Shown: positions 20,675 through 30,511 of the stretch, one piece after another | How the letters are laid out: each line of letters begins with the position of its first letter | Numbering within the stretch: the stretch's first letter is position 1 | Source of the DNA: an uncultured delta proteobacterium | GTDB lineage: Bacteria; Desulfobacterota; Syntrophia; Syntrophales; UBA2185 | Assembly (NCBI GenBank): GCA_963695875.1 | Contig: CAVOID010000004.1 | Location: forward strand, 32,001-96,000 | Direction of reading: 5' to 3' | DNA length: 64,000 nucleotides | Notes under the pieces: generated by a model | Databases searched by the model: none | Told to the model about the DNA's origin: nothing | Seen by the model: only the letters and a program-made list of their open reading frames with translations | Position numbers and translations under genes: made by a program

Positions 20675-21128
20675 ATTTTTCTCATATAACAATTAACACA
20701 CTTGATTGGTATTTTGCGAACTTTCATGAAATCCTACTCCGTTTCATGAAGAATGAAAAGAGAAAATTACATCATAAAATCAACACAATTTAATTTTCAC
20801 CATTGGGTATTTTGTGTTAATAAAGACCAAAAGCCAAGTCGACAAAATATGGGAAAAATGGCAATAGCTCATAATGAATGCTGTTTGAAATAGCGCATTC
20901 CCTTGAAAATTATGGAACACTCACTTTCAGGAAGAAGTTCTTTTTGTCTTAAGTGGAGATAATGAAAGATTCAGGTTTGTAAGTTTCAACTCTAATTCAA
21001 TAATCTCGCTAGGCGATCGCTTACTGCTTTGTATTTGCTATACCAATATAGTCTATTTTGACTCTTCATATCACTGACAGGCATAAAGCTCGCTCAAGCT
21101 CTGTACGGGCTTTTGAAGGGCAGGTGCT

Positions 21129-21269
21129 ATACAATTCATATACCTAAGTAAGCCCTTTTCACATCCTCGTTATGGAGGAGGTTTTCAGCCGTTCCTTCCA
21201 GGGTGATTCGGCCGTTTTCCATGACGTAACCGCGATGGGCGACCTTGAGGGCCATGTGGGCGTTCTGTT
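21129..21269 (-). repeat. duplicated 3' end of livF (direct repeat of 22008-22148)
   Basis: About 141 bp with about 6 substitutions counted by eye; encodes QNAHMALKVAHRGYVMENGRITLEGTAENLLHNEDVKRAYLGI*. Confidence 0.9.
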
Positions 21270-21275
21270 TTTAAT

Positions 21276-21618
21276 TTACTTTTGGGTTTTTGAAACGATA
21301 GCTGTGATTTTATGTTTCAATTCAGGTACGTCTTTTGTTGCTGCTGTCCATACGATCGACCAATCGATTGAAAAATACGCGTGAACTGCGAGGTTTCGAA
21401 AAGCAATTATATCTGCCCATTCTATGTCTTTATGCTTTTCTTTGAATGATTTGGGAAGGCGTGCAGCTGCCTCACCGATAATGGTCAGCTTTTGCAGGAC
21501 GGCGCTCCTGATGAGGTCACTATTTATGAAAGTGTTCTTATCAATGCCCGACAAGAATTTTTCAATTGCATCTCCTGCTTCACAGAATATCGGAAAGATA
21601 CAAGTCCTCACGCCGCAT
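21276..21618 (-). CDS. HEPN (DUF86/HepT-like) toxin; apparent indel near the start
   Basis: AVLQKLTIIGEAA, IEWADIIAFRNLAVHAYFSID; likely true start MRREDLYLSDIL overlapping the MNT stop. Confidence 0.88.
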
Positions 21619-21910
21619 AGAGAACCTTAATGGTAGAGAGAATGTCCTGCCTCAGTATTGGTTTTAAGCCTCCCTTGGGAACCAGGTCGACTTTGCGATG
21701 GATAAGGTCTGAAAGCTCACGCTGCATCCGGGAAAGAGTTATGAAGCCCACCTGCGCATCGGGTTCAAATTCTACCAGCAAATCTATGTCGCTGCCTTTT
21801 CTTAGTTTGCCTTTGGCCGCTGAGCCAAATAGTGCGAGTTCCCGGACATGGTAACGCTTGCAAAAGGCCGTGATGTCTTCCATGGGTAGATTAATCATTT
21901 GAGCATGCAT
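21608..21910 (-). CDS. minimal nucleotidyltransferase (MntA-like) antitoxin
   Basis: LALFGSAAKG...SDIDLLVEF...RKVDLV. Confidence 0.9.
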   Translation of the reverse strand: MHAQMINLPMEDITAFCKRYHVRELALFGSAAKGKLRKGSDIDLLVEFEPDAQVGFITLSRMQRELSDLIHRKVDLVPKGGLKPILRQDILSTIKVLYAA

Positions 21911-22014
21911 ATTTTTTAAACCTTATTTTAAGTGAGTATAGTATAGGTGAAGCGGTCTTATATGTCAATATGATTTGGTAATTCGATATTGTATTTGGAA
22001 TGTGTCAATACAAT

Positions 22015-22722
22015 TCATATACCTAAGTAAGCCTTTTTCACATCCTCGTTATGGAGGAGGCTTTCTGCCGTTCCTTCCAGGGTGATTCTTCCGTTTTCCA
22101 TGACGTAACCGCGGTGGGCGACCTTGAGGGCCATGTGGGCGTTCTGTTCCACAAGGAAGATAGTGGTGCCGCTTTCCGCGTTGATTCTTTTAACGATGTT
22201 GAAAATCAGCTTCACAAAAATGGGGCCAAGGCCCAAGGATGGTTCATCGAGGAGGAGCAGGCGCGGCCTTGCCATGAGGGCCCTCGATATGGCTAACATC
22301 TGCTGCTCCCCGCCGCTCAGGGTGCCCCCGGGCTGGTGGCGCCTTTCCGCCAGTATGGGGAACAGCTCAAAAATATGATCTACATCCTTTTTTATGTCCT
22401 CCCTATCCCTGCGGAGAAATGCACCCATGTCCAGATTTTCCATCACCGTAAGGCGGGGGAAAATCCTGCGGCCTTCAGGTACAAGTGATATTCCTAAAGC
22501 AACGATCTCATCGGCACTTAAGTTATGGATGGGCTTGTTGAGAAACATGATTTCACCGGTCCGGGGGGGCACGATTCCTGAAATGGACATGAGGGTGGTG
22601 GTTTTGCCGGCGCCATTCGCCCCGATGAGGGTGATGATCTCCCCGGGGGATATGTCGATGCAGAGGTCTTTCAATACCTGGATGTTGCCGTAAAAAGTCT
22701 GTACGTTTTTCAGCCTAAGCAT
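22015..22722 (-). CDS. livF: branched-chain amino acid ABC transporter ATPase
   Basis: GANGAGKTT, VPEGRRIF, LSGGEQQMLA, LDEPSLGL. Confidence 0.93.
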   Translation of the reverse strand: MLRLKNVQTFYGNIQVLKDLCIDISPGEIITLIGANGAGKTTTLMSISGIVPPRTGEIMFLNKPIHNLSADEIVALGISLVPEGRRIFPRLTVMENLDMGAFLRRDREDIKKDVDHIFELFPILAERRHQPGGTLSGGEQQMLAISRALMARPRLLLLDEPSLGLGPIFVKLIFNIVKRINAESGTTIFLVEQNAHMALKVAHRGYVMENGRITLEGTAESLLHNEDVKKAYLGI

Positions 22723-22853
22723 TGATGTCTTCTCCCGGATAGGCCTTTATTGATCATTAATATTTCTCGCTTTGCTGGAAATGACAAAATAGATAATCGT
22801 GGCATAGTCTCTCAACCGGGAAGGATACAGGGCTTAGAATTTTATAAAAGCCT

Positions 22854-23642
22854 TCAAACATTTACATCTTCTCCTAAGTACGCCTTTATTACTTCAGGGT
22901 TTACCCTGATTTCCTGCGGGGTTCCCCGGGCGATCATCTCGCCGTAGTCCATTACGTAGACGCGGTCCGACAGGCTCATGACCAGTCTCATATCGTGTTC
23001 GATCAGGAAGATAGATATTTTCCCTTCGTCACGTATGCCGGTAATCAGCGCTTCCAGTTCCTTTGTTTCCTGGGGATTCAGTCCGGCCGCGGGCTCATCG
23101 AGAAGCAGAAGGAAGGGATCGGTGGCTATGGCACGGGCTATCTCAAGACGGCGCTGGGCACCGTAAGGGAGGTTTCGAGCCAGCAGATTGACATACTCCG
23201 CAAGACCGATCTTTTCCAGTACCTCATAACTTCTGTTTACGATCGCCTTTTCTTCTTCTCTTGTTGCCTGGTCCCTGAGGATGGCGCCGAGGATGCCGGC
23301 GTGTGTGCGGCAGTGACGGCCGATCATCACGTTCTCCAGCACTGTCATATCCGGGAAGACGCGGATATTCTGGAATGTCCTGGCTATGCCGCATCCTGTC
23401 ACCCTGTGTATACCGAGACCGTGAATCTTCTGCCGCTTGCCGCCGGAAGGGGTAATAAAGATATTGCCCTCTGTGGGAGCATAAATGCCGGTGATGCAGT
23501 TGAATAAGGTCGTCTTCCCGGCGCCGTTAGGACCGATGAGGGCGGTTATCTCTCCGGGCAGGACATCGAGGTCGACCCTGTCTACGGCCTTCAGACCGCC
23601 GAAATTCATGCTGAGGTTTTTTATTTCGAGGATAGGGTTCAT
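22854..23642 (-). CDS. livG: branched-chain amino acid ABC transporter ATPase
   Basis: FGGLKAV, GPNGAGKTT, ARTFQNIR, LPYGAQRRLEIARA, IEHDM. Confidence 0.93.
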   Translation of the reverse strand: MNPILEIKNLSMNFGGLKAVDRVDLDVLPGEITALIGPNGAGKTTLFNCITGIYAPTEGNIFITPSGGKRQKIHGLGIHRVTGCGIARTFQNIRVFPDMTVLENVMIGRHCRTHAGILGAILRDQATREEEKAIVNRSYEVLEKIGLAEYVNLLARNLPYGAQRRLEIARAIATDPFLLLLDEPAAGLNPQETKELEALITGIRDEGKISIFLIEHDMRLVMSLSDRVYVMDYGEMIARGTPQEIRVNPEVIKAYLGEDVNV

Positions 23643-23735
23643 AGTTTATTTTGAGATAGATTCCGATAAGTCCGGAATGCACAGTAAATATTGATTCTTT
23701 GTAAGTGAAATAGGAAACAATTCATAAGTATACGT

Positions 23736-24965
23736 CTATTTATTCTCCAGGTGAAACTCGTACGTCCGGCGGACGCCGCTGACAATCCCCTGGGGGCGGA
23801 AAATCATCATGATCACCATAATGAGTCCGAAAAGGAGCATCCGGTAATCACTGAAGGCCCGGAGGTATTCAGGCAGGAGGATCAGAATGAGGGCGCCAGT
23901 GATGATGCCGGTGATGGACCCCATGCCGCCCAGGACAACGATGGAAAGAATCATGGCGGATTCAAGGAAGGTGAAGCTTCCGGGATTGACGAAGGTAGTC
24001 TTTGCGGCAAAGATAACACCGACGAGGCCGGCCCAGGTGGAACCTAAGGCAAAGGCGGTCAATTTTACCCTGGTCTTGTCGATGCCCATGGCCTGGCAGG
24101 CGATCTCGTCTTCCCGGAGAGCGATCAACGCCCTGCCTATCCGCGAATCCTGAAGACGGTTCACGACAAAAATAGTGATGATGCAGAGGATGATCATAAG
24201 GAAATAAAGGTATGTGGTCGCTTCCTGGATATTCATCTCCATGCCGAAAAGGCCTGGTCTGGGGATTCCCGAGATGCCGCTCGGGCCAAAGGAAAACTCG
24301 TTCCAGTTTTCCAGGATGAGCCGGGTGATTTCTCCGAAACCGAGGGTGACGATAGCCAGATAATCCCCTCGCAGTCGGAGCACCGGCAAAGCCAGGAGGA
24401 TTCCGAGGATGGTCGCCGCCAGCGCTCCCAGAGGCAGTGCCAGCCAGAAACCGACGCCGAAATGGTAATGCAGAAGGGCGTATGTATAAGCGCCCGCCGC
24501 GTAGAAGGCCACGTAGCCGAGGTTCAGAAGGCCTGCCTGGCCGACGACGATGTTAAGGCCCAGACCCAGCACGACATACATGAGGGCTGTGGTCATGATA
24601 TTTGTCTGATAGATGGAAAAGACAAAAGGAAAGATGAGCGCGAAAACAGAACCGATCCCTATGACAGAAAAAACAATCCTTCGATTGCCGAAAATGCGTT
24701 TTGTGAAAGGTATTGCCTCCTCTCGTGCCTCTGTTATATGTTTCCTCCCGGATATTTTTCTGCCCGACAGATAACGCCAGAAAAACGACAGAACGAAACT
24801 GCCGCAGCCGACATACACCATGTTCATCCAGCGCCATTCAACGACGTTTTCAATGGTATTGACCCGGATCACCATAATAGGAAAGGTGAGGAATATGAAC
24901 CATAGTGCAATGACAGAGGATTGTCTCAGCTCTTCGGTGTATTTTATAGCGTACCGGTTACTCAT
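23736..24965 (-). CDS. livM: branched-chain amino acid ABC transporter permease
   Basis: GLNIVVGQAGLLNLGYVAF, LRLRGDYLAIVTLGFGEI, VVLGGMGS. Confidence 0.93.
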   Translation of the reverse strand: MSNRYAIKYTEELRQSSVIALWFIFLTFPIMVIRVNTIENVVEWRWMNMVYVGCGSFVLSFFWRYLSGRKISGRKHITEAREEAIPFTKRIFGNRRIVFSVIGIGSVFALIFPFVFSIYQTNIMTTALMYVVLGLGLNIVVGQAGLLNLGYVAFYAAGAYTYALLHYHFGVGFWLALPLGALAATILGILLALPVLRLRGDYLAIVTLGFGEITRLILENWNEFSFGPSGISGIPRPGLFGMEMNIQEATTYLYFLMIILCIITIFVVNRLQDSRIGRALIALREDEIACQAMGIDKTRVKLTAFALGSTWAGLVGVIFAAKTTFVNPGSFTFLESAMILSIVVLGGMGSITGIITGALILILLPEYLRAFSDYRMLLFGLIMVIMMIFRPQGIVSGVRRTYEFHLENK

Positions 24966-25865
24966 ACTTTCTGCGCCGATGAATGACCTAATAGTCCGGA
25001 TGGTTTGAATATCAAAATGAGAATAAGAAGAATGAAGGCGAAGGCGTCCTCGTAATCGCTCGATATGTAACCTGTGGAGAAGCTTTCCGTGAAGCCCAGC
25101 ACCAATGACCCCAGTACCGCCCCGGGGATGCTGCCGATGCCCCCCAGGACCGCGGCCGTGAAGGCCTTTATCCCCGCGATGAAACCGATGTAGAAATTGA
25201 TCCGTCCGATATGGGAGGCGATCAGCACCCCCCCGACCGCCGCCAGGGCGGAGCCGATGATGAAGGTGTTGGAGATTACCTTGTTAACATTGACGCCGAC
25301 CAGCATGGCCATGTCTCGATCCTGGGCCGTGGCCCGCATGGCCTTCCCCATGCGCGTGAATTTGATCAGCAGCGTTAAAAGGATCATGATCACCGTTGTT
25401 GTCAGGATGATAATAAATTCCGTGGAACCGATGAAACCGGCATAAGGTTTCAGGAATTCCAGCTCCGGCAAGAGGTTCGGAAAGGGGAGGAAGTCCGAGG
25501 TCTGGGCCAGAAGGACATAATTCTGGAGAAAGATGGACATGCCGATGGCGCTGATGAGAGGTGAAAGCCGGGGAGCCTGGCGGAGGGGTTTGTAGGCGAC
25601 TTTCTCTACTGTGAACCCGTAGGCGGCGGAGTATGTTACGGCCACAACCGAAGCAAGAACGAGGACGGAAAGGTCCGCTCATCCCCGACATGGCAAGGAC
25701 GCTTGCGATGATCAGGGCCGTGAAGGCGCCGATCATATAAATCTCACCATGGGCAAAATTGATCAGTTCTATGATGCCGTAGACCATGGTGTAGCCCAGG
25801 GCGATGAGGGCATAGATGCTGCCGCGCGTCAGCCCGCCGATAAATAGTTCTAAGAAATAGTCCAT
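24962..25865 (-). CDS. livH: branched-chain amino acid ABC transporter permease, frameshifted
   Basis: GSIYALIALGYTMVYGIIELINFAHGE; KAFTAAVLGGIGSIPGA. Confidence 0.92.
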
Positions 25866-25952
25866 GTTAATGAAACGCAGTAAGTTACAATGCCTTCTAA
25901 CGCCAAGCTCAACCTTGCCGGAGCCGCATTGGGTGCGGCGAGTTGCCGGAAA

Positions 25953-26270
25953 TTATAAATAATCTGCTCTTGGCGGAGAGAAGAAGTCTAACACCTCACC
26001 GGGTTCAATAATTTCTATCCTATGTTCAATATTCTTGGGAATAGAATATGTAGTTCCCGGTCCGATGACTTGATCGTAATCTCCAAATACAATTTTATAT
26101 TTTCCCGATATTACATATCCACTTTGCTCATTTGGATGCTTATGAAACGGAACATGGTCTTCTTTCTTGTATAGCATTTTAGTTATCATAGTATCCGGCC
26201 CATGGGATAGGACTAAAAAATCCACTCCTAGAAAATTTCTTCTCTTACCCTTATCGGCTGTTACAATCAT
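25953..26270 (-). CDS. cupin domain protein (AT-rich, inside the liv operon)
   Basis: PFHKHPNEQSGYVISG...IPKNIEH...LDFFSPPRADY. Confidence 0.85.
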   Translation of the reverse strand: MIVTADKGKRRNFLGVDFLVLSHGPDTMITKMLYKKEDHVPFHKHPNEQSGYVISGKYKIVFGDYDQVIGPGTTYSIPKNIEHRIEIIEPGEVLDFFSPPRADYL

Positions 26271-26461
26271 GTCTTTTCCTTCTTTCCCGTTTGACTAACA
26301 GATTGTTTCAGAATTACTTTTCTTTCTCCTTTGGTGGGCAATGTTATTTACATGAGCTTGCGGGACTTCCCTCTCCTGGTGGTAGGGCTTGAGGGAGGGG
26401 GTTTATCGCTATGATATTTATAAGGCGATTTACTGCGATGCGGCTCCTCAAACAGAGCAAA

Positions 26462-27595
26462 CTATTTCACTTCCACATAAACCCCATTACGAACCTGGTA
26501 CATGGAAAACCCCACGCCAATGGCGTCTCCTTTGCTGTCGAATTTGATCTTTCCCAGGGGGGTATCTACGTAGTAGGTGCGGAGTGCTTTGCTTACCTTT
26601 GCGTAGTCTGTGGAGCCCGCCATTTTAATGGCGTTCAGTAGAGCCTGCGCTGCCGCATAGCCGTTGAGGAAGAAGGCGCCGGGTTCGTTACCGTAGGTCT
26701 TTTTGTGCGCCTCTATGGCTGCAATAGCCAGGGGGTTTTTCGAAGTGTCTTTGTGGCTTGTCGCATACACTCCCTCGGCATATCTGCCTGCCACTTTTAT
26801 AAAGGTGTTATCCTTGACCCCGTCGTCGGAGATGAGCAGGGTCTTCATGTTTTTCTTGCGCATCTGCGAGACTATAGTAGCTGCTTCCGGGTGATAACCG
26901 CCGTATATTACCGCCTCTGCGCCGGATTGTTTGATTTTTTGAACTATCGCGGAATAATCGACAGCACCAGGGGTGATACCCTCAAACAGGACGACCGCTG
27001 CCTGCCGTGAATCAGTGATGTACGATTTTGTGCTCTCCGCAAAACCCTTGCCGTAGTCTCCCTTGTCATGCAGGACTGCGATTTTTTTCAATTTGAGATT
27101 CTTAATTGCAAAATCTACCGCCAACCTTGACTGATTCCTATCGTAGCCAATGGTCCGGTAAAAATTTGGATACTTTCCGCTCTGCGTCAGTTCCGTATTT
27201 GTTGCGGAGGGAGACATAACTATTACCCCTGCCTCTTTATAAATGCCCAGGGCCGCTTTGGTAGCGCCGCTGCAGATATGTCCGACAACGACACTAACTC
27301 CTTTAGAAACAAGCTTCGTTGCAGTATTGGTGGCAACTTCCGGTTTGCAGACGTCATCTTCCGCAAGGAGCTCCACCTTCCTGCCCAGGATACCTCCCTT
27401 CTCATTAATGTCTCTGACGACCAGTTCTGCCGCCCTCACGGAGGGGATTCCGTAAGAGGCGAGGTCGCCGCTGAGGGAACCGGCAACGCCAAGCTTGATC
27501 GTGTCCGCGGCCGGCATTGGCGCCGGTATTAAAAAATCCAGGCAAATGATTGTTACAATGGTGATAAGCAGGATACCCGAGAAACGTATTTTCAT
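26462..27595 (-). CDS. livK: branched-chain amino acid ABC transporter substrate-binding protein
   Basis: Signal peptide, IKLGVAG, INEKGGILGRKVEL, GHICSG, HDKGDYGKG, YGGYHPE. Confidence 0.9.
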   Translation of the reverse strand: MKIRFSGILLITIVTIICLDFLIPAPMPAADTIKLGVAGSLSGDLASYGIPSVRAAELVVRDINEKGGILGRKVELLAEDDVCKPEVATNTATKLVSKGVSVVVGHICSGATKAALGIYKEAGVIVMSPSATNTELTQSGKYPNFYRTIGYDRNQSRLAVDFAIKNLKLKKIAVLHDKGDYGKGFAESTKSYITDSRQAAVVLFEGITPGAVDYSAIVQKIKQSGAEAVIYGGYHPEAATIVSQMRKKNMKTLLISDDGVKDNTFIKVAGRYAEGVYATSHKDTSKNPLAIAAIEAHKKTYGNEPGAFFLNGYAAAQALLNAIKMAGSTDYAKVSKALRTYYVDTPLGKIKFDSKGDAIGVGFSMYQVRNGVYVEVK

Positions 27596-27640
27596 ACTAT
27601 CCCCCTAAGATTTTATAATACCTTGTAGAAACTGCGTCTA

Positions 27641-27835
27641 ATGTCATTGCGAGGAGCGGAGAGTGACGTGGCAATCTTTTCCTTTTTATCAAGCGCTTTT
27701 AAGATTTCTCCCTGAAATGGGTATATGTAGGTAATGTGTTGCGATTAGTTACCATTAATCATGTACCAAGCAAAGTAGATAGCGTTGATTTACCCTTAAC
27801 TTATCAAGATTTATCGCTTTGGTCGAAATGACAAT
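27641..27835. repeat. REP-like GTCATT/AATGAC palindromic elements
   Basis: TGTCATTGCGAGG...GTGGCAATCT and GATTTATCGCTTTGGTCGAAATGACA; relatives near 14895, 22762 and 53437. Confidence 0.55.
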
Positions 27836-27902
27836 TAACAAGTAATTATATGGTTGGGATATTTAAAACATACCACATATGAATGCAAGTACTATTGAAG
27901 CC

Positions 27903-28322
27903 CTACTCTCCTATGATCTTTACCAGCACCCTTTTTCTTCTTCTGCCGTCAAATTCGCCATAGAAGATCCGTTCCCACGGTCCAAAATCAAGCTTGCCGC
28001 CAGTAATGGCAACGATGACTTCCCTCCCCATGATCTGCCGCTTCAGGTGGGCGTCCCCGTTATCTTCACCGGTCCTATTATGGCGGTACCGGGAAACAGG
28101 TTCATGCGGAGCAAGTTTCTCAAGCCATTCTTCATAGTCCTGGTGCAATCCCGATTCATCATCGTTGATGAAAACGGAAGCCGTGATGTGCATGGCATTG
28201 ACCAAGACCAGGCCTTCTCTGACCCCGCTCTTTTCGAGGCACTTTTCTACCTGTGGTGTAATGTTTACAAAGGCCCTCCTGCTGGGAATATTAAACCACA
28301 ATTCCTCCCGATAAGATTTCAT
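27903..28322 (-). CDS. yjbQ: YjbQ/UPF0047 family protein
   Basis: [39 protein letters not shown]. Confidence 0.9.
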   Translation of the reverse strand: MKSYREELWFNIPSRRAFVNITPQVEKCLEKSGVREGLVLVNAMHITASVFINDDESGLHQDYEEWLEKLAPHEPVSRYRHNRTGEDNGDAHLKRQIMGREVIVAITGGKLDFGPWERIFYGEFDGRRRKRVLVKIIGE

Positions 28323-28370
28323 GACATGAACTCCTTTTAAATCGGATGCTGTCCGCAGAAAAACACTTGG

Positions 28371-29615
28371 TCAGTTATTGTTTCTAAACAGTCGTATCCA
28401 TATAGGTCCGCTCATGGATAGCAATCCCATTAATGCGAAGGCAAACCCCCATCCAGATATGCTACTGCCCGAGAGATCCAGCACACAACCGAAGGCAAGG
28501 GGCGCGAGAAAGGCCATTCCAAATCCAACAAACGCATAGAGCGCCAGGGTTCTGCCGCGTTCGCTGTCATTTGCGGCTGCGACTATCCCGGCTGTCAGTG
28601 CGCCGCTATCCAGCATTACCGCAATACCGTAGAGGAGGCAGAGAGCCGCGACGATCATGAAGGGCAGAGCGGCGCTGAAACCAATGACACAACCGATGAT
28701 ACCGGAGGCAATCATAAAAATGGAGATAACACGTCTGCGTTCCCAATGTTGTGCCGTTTCATTGCCCAGGATACTGGAAGGAACACCTGCCAACAAAATT
28801 ATTGTCGCGAGGTTCTGAGGACTGAGATGATGGCCCTGGCCCGGTTGGAAGCTCAGGCTGAAAGCCAGAAAAGCAACCAGCCATGTACGAAATCCGAAAA
28901 GCTCCCAGCAGTGAACGGCGTATCCGAACATATAGCCAACGGCAGAGCGATTTCGTAGAACCTTTTGAAAGTTAAAGGTTGAAAGTACAGGTTCTTTATA
29001 CAGCAGATCGGTCTTTCCCGGTCTGACTGCGAAGGCGAAAATCATTACGGACCCCAAACACCCCAGGGCCAGCATGACGGCAGCCCAGCGCCAGTTAAGC
29101 CAGGTTGCCAACCATCCGGTCAGGAATACAGAAAGCGCCGTTCCAACACCATACGATGACGTATAAAAGGCGATAGCCCTGCTCTGACCTTTTCCGGTGA
29201 TGTGATCACTAAGCGCTTTAAGACCGGGCATGTACGTTCCAGCGAGGCTGATGCCGGCACAGAAGCGAAATATCATCGCAGTCAAAGTGCCTTGGGCAAG
29301 CCACCCAAAGCCTGCCATGGAGACTGCACCGAAAGCTGCTGAATACAGATAGATGCGACGAGGATCCATGCGGTCGGTAAGACTCACAAGGATGGGAACA
29401 AAAGCCGCGTATCCCCCGTAAAAGATACCGTTGATCCAGCCGGCCTCCGTGTTACTGAGACCCCATTCGGTCCGGAAGCCCGGAAGAAGAGCGGGAAAGT
29501 ACATCGTCCCCGCCATGGAAAATATCTCGGCAACACATATATAGATGATGAATGTAATTTGACTGTTCATGCAAAGAGAGACGGGATGTTCAAATTTAAT
29601 GATTTCTTCTACCAT
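28371..29615 (-). CDS. MFS transporter
   Basis: About 12 TM helices; SLTDRMDPRR, GTYMPGLKAL. Confidence 0.88.
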   Translation of the reverse strand: MVEEIIKFEHPVSLCMNSQITFIIYICVAEIFSMAGTMYFPALLPGFRTEWGLSNTEAGWINGIFYGGYAAFVPILVSLTDRMDPRRIYLYSAAFGAVSMAGFGWLAQGTLTAMIFRFCAGISLAGTYMPGLKALSDHITGKGQSRAIAFYTSSYGVGTALSVFLTGWLATWLNWRWAAVMLALGCLGSVMIFAFAVRPGKTDLLYKEPVLSTFNFQKVLRNRSAVGYMFGYAVHCWELFGFRTWLVAFLAFSLSFQPGQGHHLSPQNLATIILLAGVPSSILGNETAQHWERRRVISIFMIASGIIGCVIGFSAALPFMIVAALCLLYGIAVMLDSGALTAGIVAAANDSERGRTLALYAFVGFGMAFLAPLAFGCVLDLSGSSISGWGFAFALMGLLSMSGPIWIRLFRNNN

Positions 29616-29727
29616 TTTATTTCAATTATTGTAATAATCAATTATAAGGAACTCGGTCCTTTTTTGCGTTCATAGCGATGTTCATTGTGTTGTCGGTTTG
29701 TTGGTTTTCTATGGAGACAGGGAAAAT

Positions 29728-30369
29728 ATGGAAGACACCAGTCAGAAAAATTACGGCATTGACGTAGTACTGTTTGATTTCGGAGGAGTTCTTGCTGAGG
29801 AAGGCTTCAGGAATGGACTCCTCGCAATAGCAAGGTTAAACAAGCTTGATGAGGAAAGCTTTGTAAGAATTGCTAACAATGTTATTCATGAATGTGGATA
29901 TGTCCTGGGGAAGGCCCCTGAAAGTGAATACTGGGAGATATTGAGGGAGACCACCGGTATCCGGGGGAATGATCAGTCCCTGAGAAAAGAGATACTTTCC
30001 CGATTCATACTGAGAGAATGGATGCTCAACATTGCCAGAAAACTCAGGGATGCCCACATACGTGTAGGCATACTGAGTGACCAGACCGACTGGCTTGATG
30101 AACTTAATGCCCGCTACAATTTCTTTCGGTGGTTCGATTATGTTTTCAACAGTTATCACATGGGAAAAGACAAGAAAGACCCGAGTCATTTTGAGGATGT
30201 GGTCCATATTTTAGGAACTGAGGCTCATAAAGTCCTCTTTATTGACGATAATCCGGGAAACTGTGAAAGGGCCGCGCAGAAAGGGTTGAAGGTTATTCGT
30301 TACATCAACCGGGATAAATTTATTGAGGAGATCGGGAAGTATTTTCCGGCAATCGTCGGGGTTTTATAA
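29728..30369 (+). CDS. HAD family phosphatase
   Basis: FDFGGVL, ILSD, K, FIDDNPGN. Confidence 0.88.
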   Translation: MEDTSQKNYGIDVVLFDFGGVLAEEGFRNGLLAIARLNKLDEESFVRIANNVIHECGYVLGKAPESEYWEILRETTGIRGNDQSLRKEILSRFILREWMLNIARKLRDAHIRVGILSDQTDWLDELNARYNFFRWFDYVFNSYHMGKDKKDPSHFEDVVHILGTEAHKVLFIDDNPGNCERAAQKGLKVIRYINRDKFIEEIGKYFPAIVGVL

Positions 30370-30511
30370 CCTGACCTCTTTCCAATTGACACATATAGAC
30401 ATTTTTTTTATACTCACGACGTTCAAAAGCGACTTCTTGCAAAACATCCCATGATAACAATGCCAGAGATTTGATCTGCTCCTTACAAATCCGAAAGAAA
30501 AAGGAGGAACC

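Noticed and set aside
20691..20830. attI site or a further attC upstream of the HEPN-like cassette
   Set aside because: A core GTTATAT, a hairpin and a short direct repeat (CAAAATACC(C)AAT) are present, but no complete attC fold and no adjacent integrase; not supportable.
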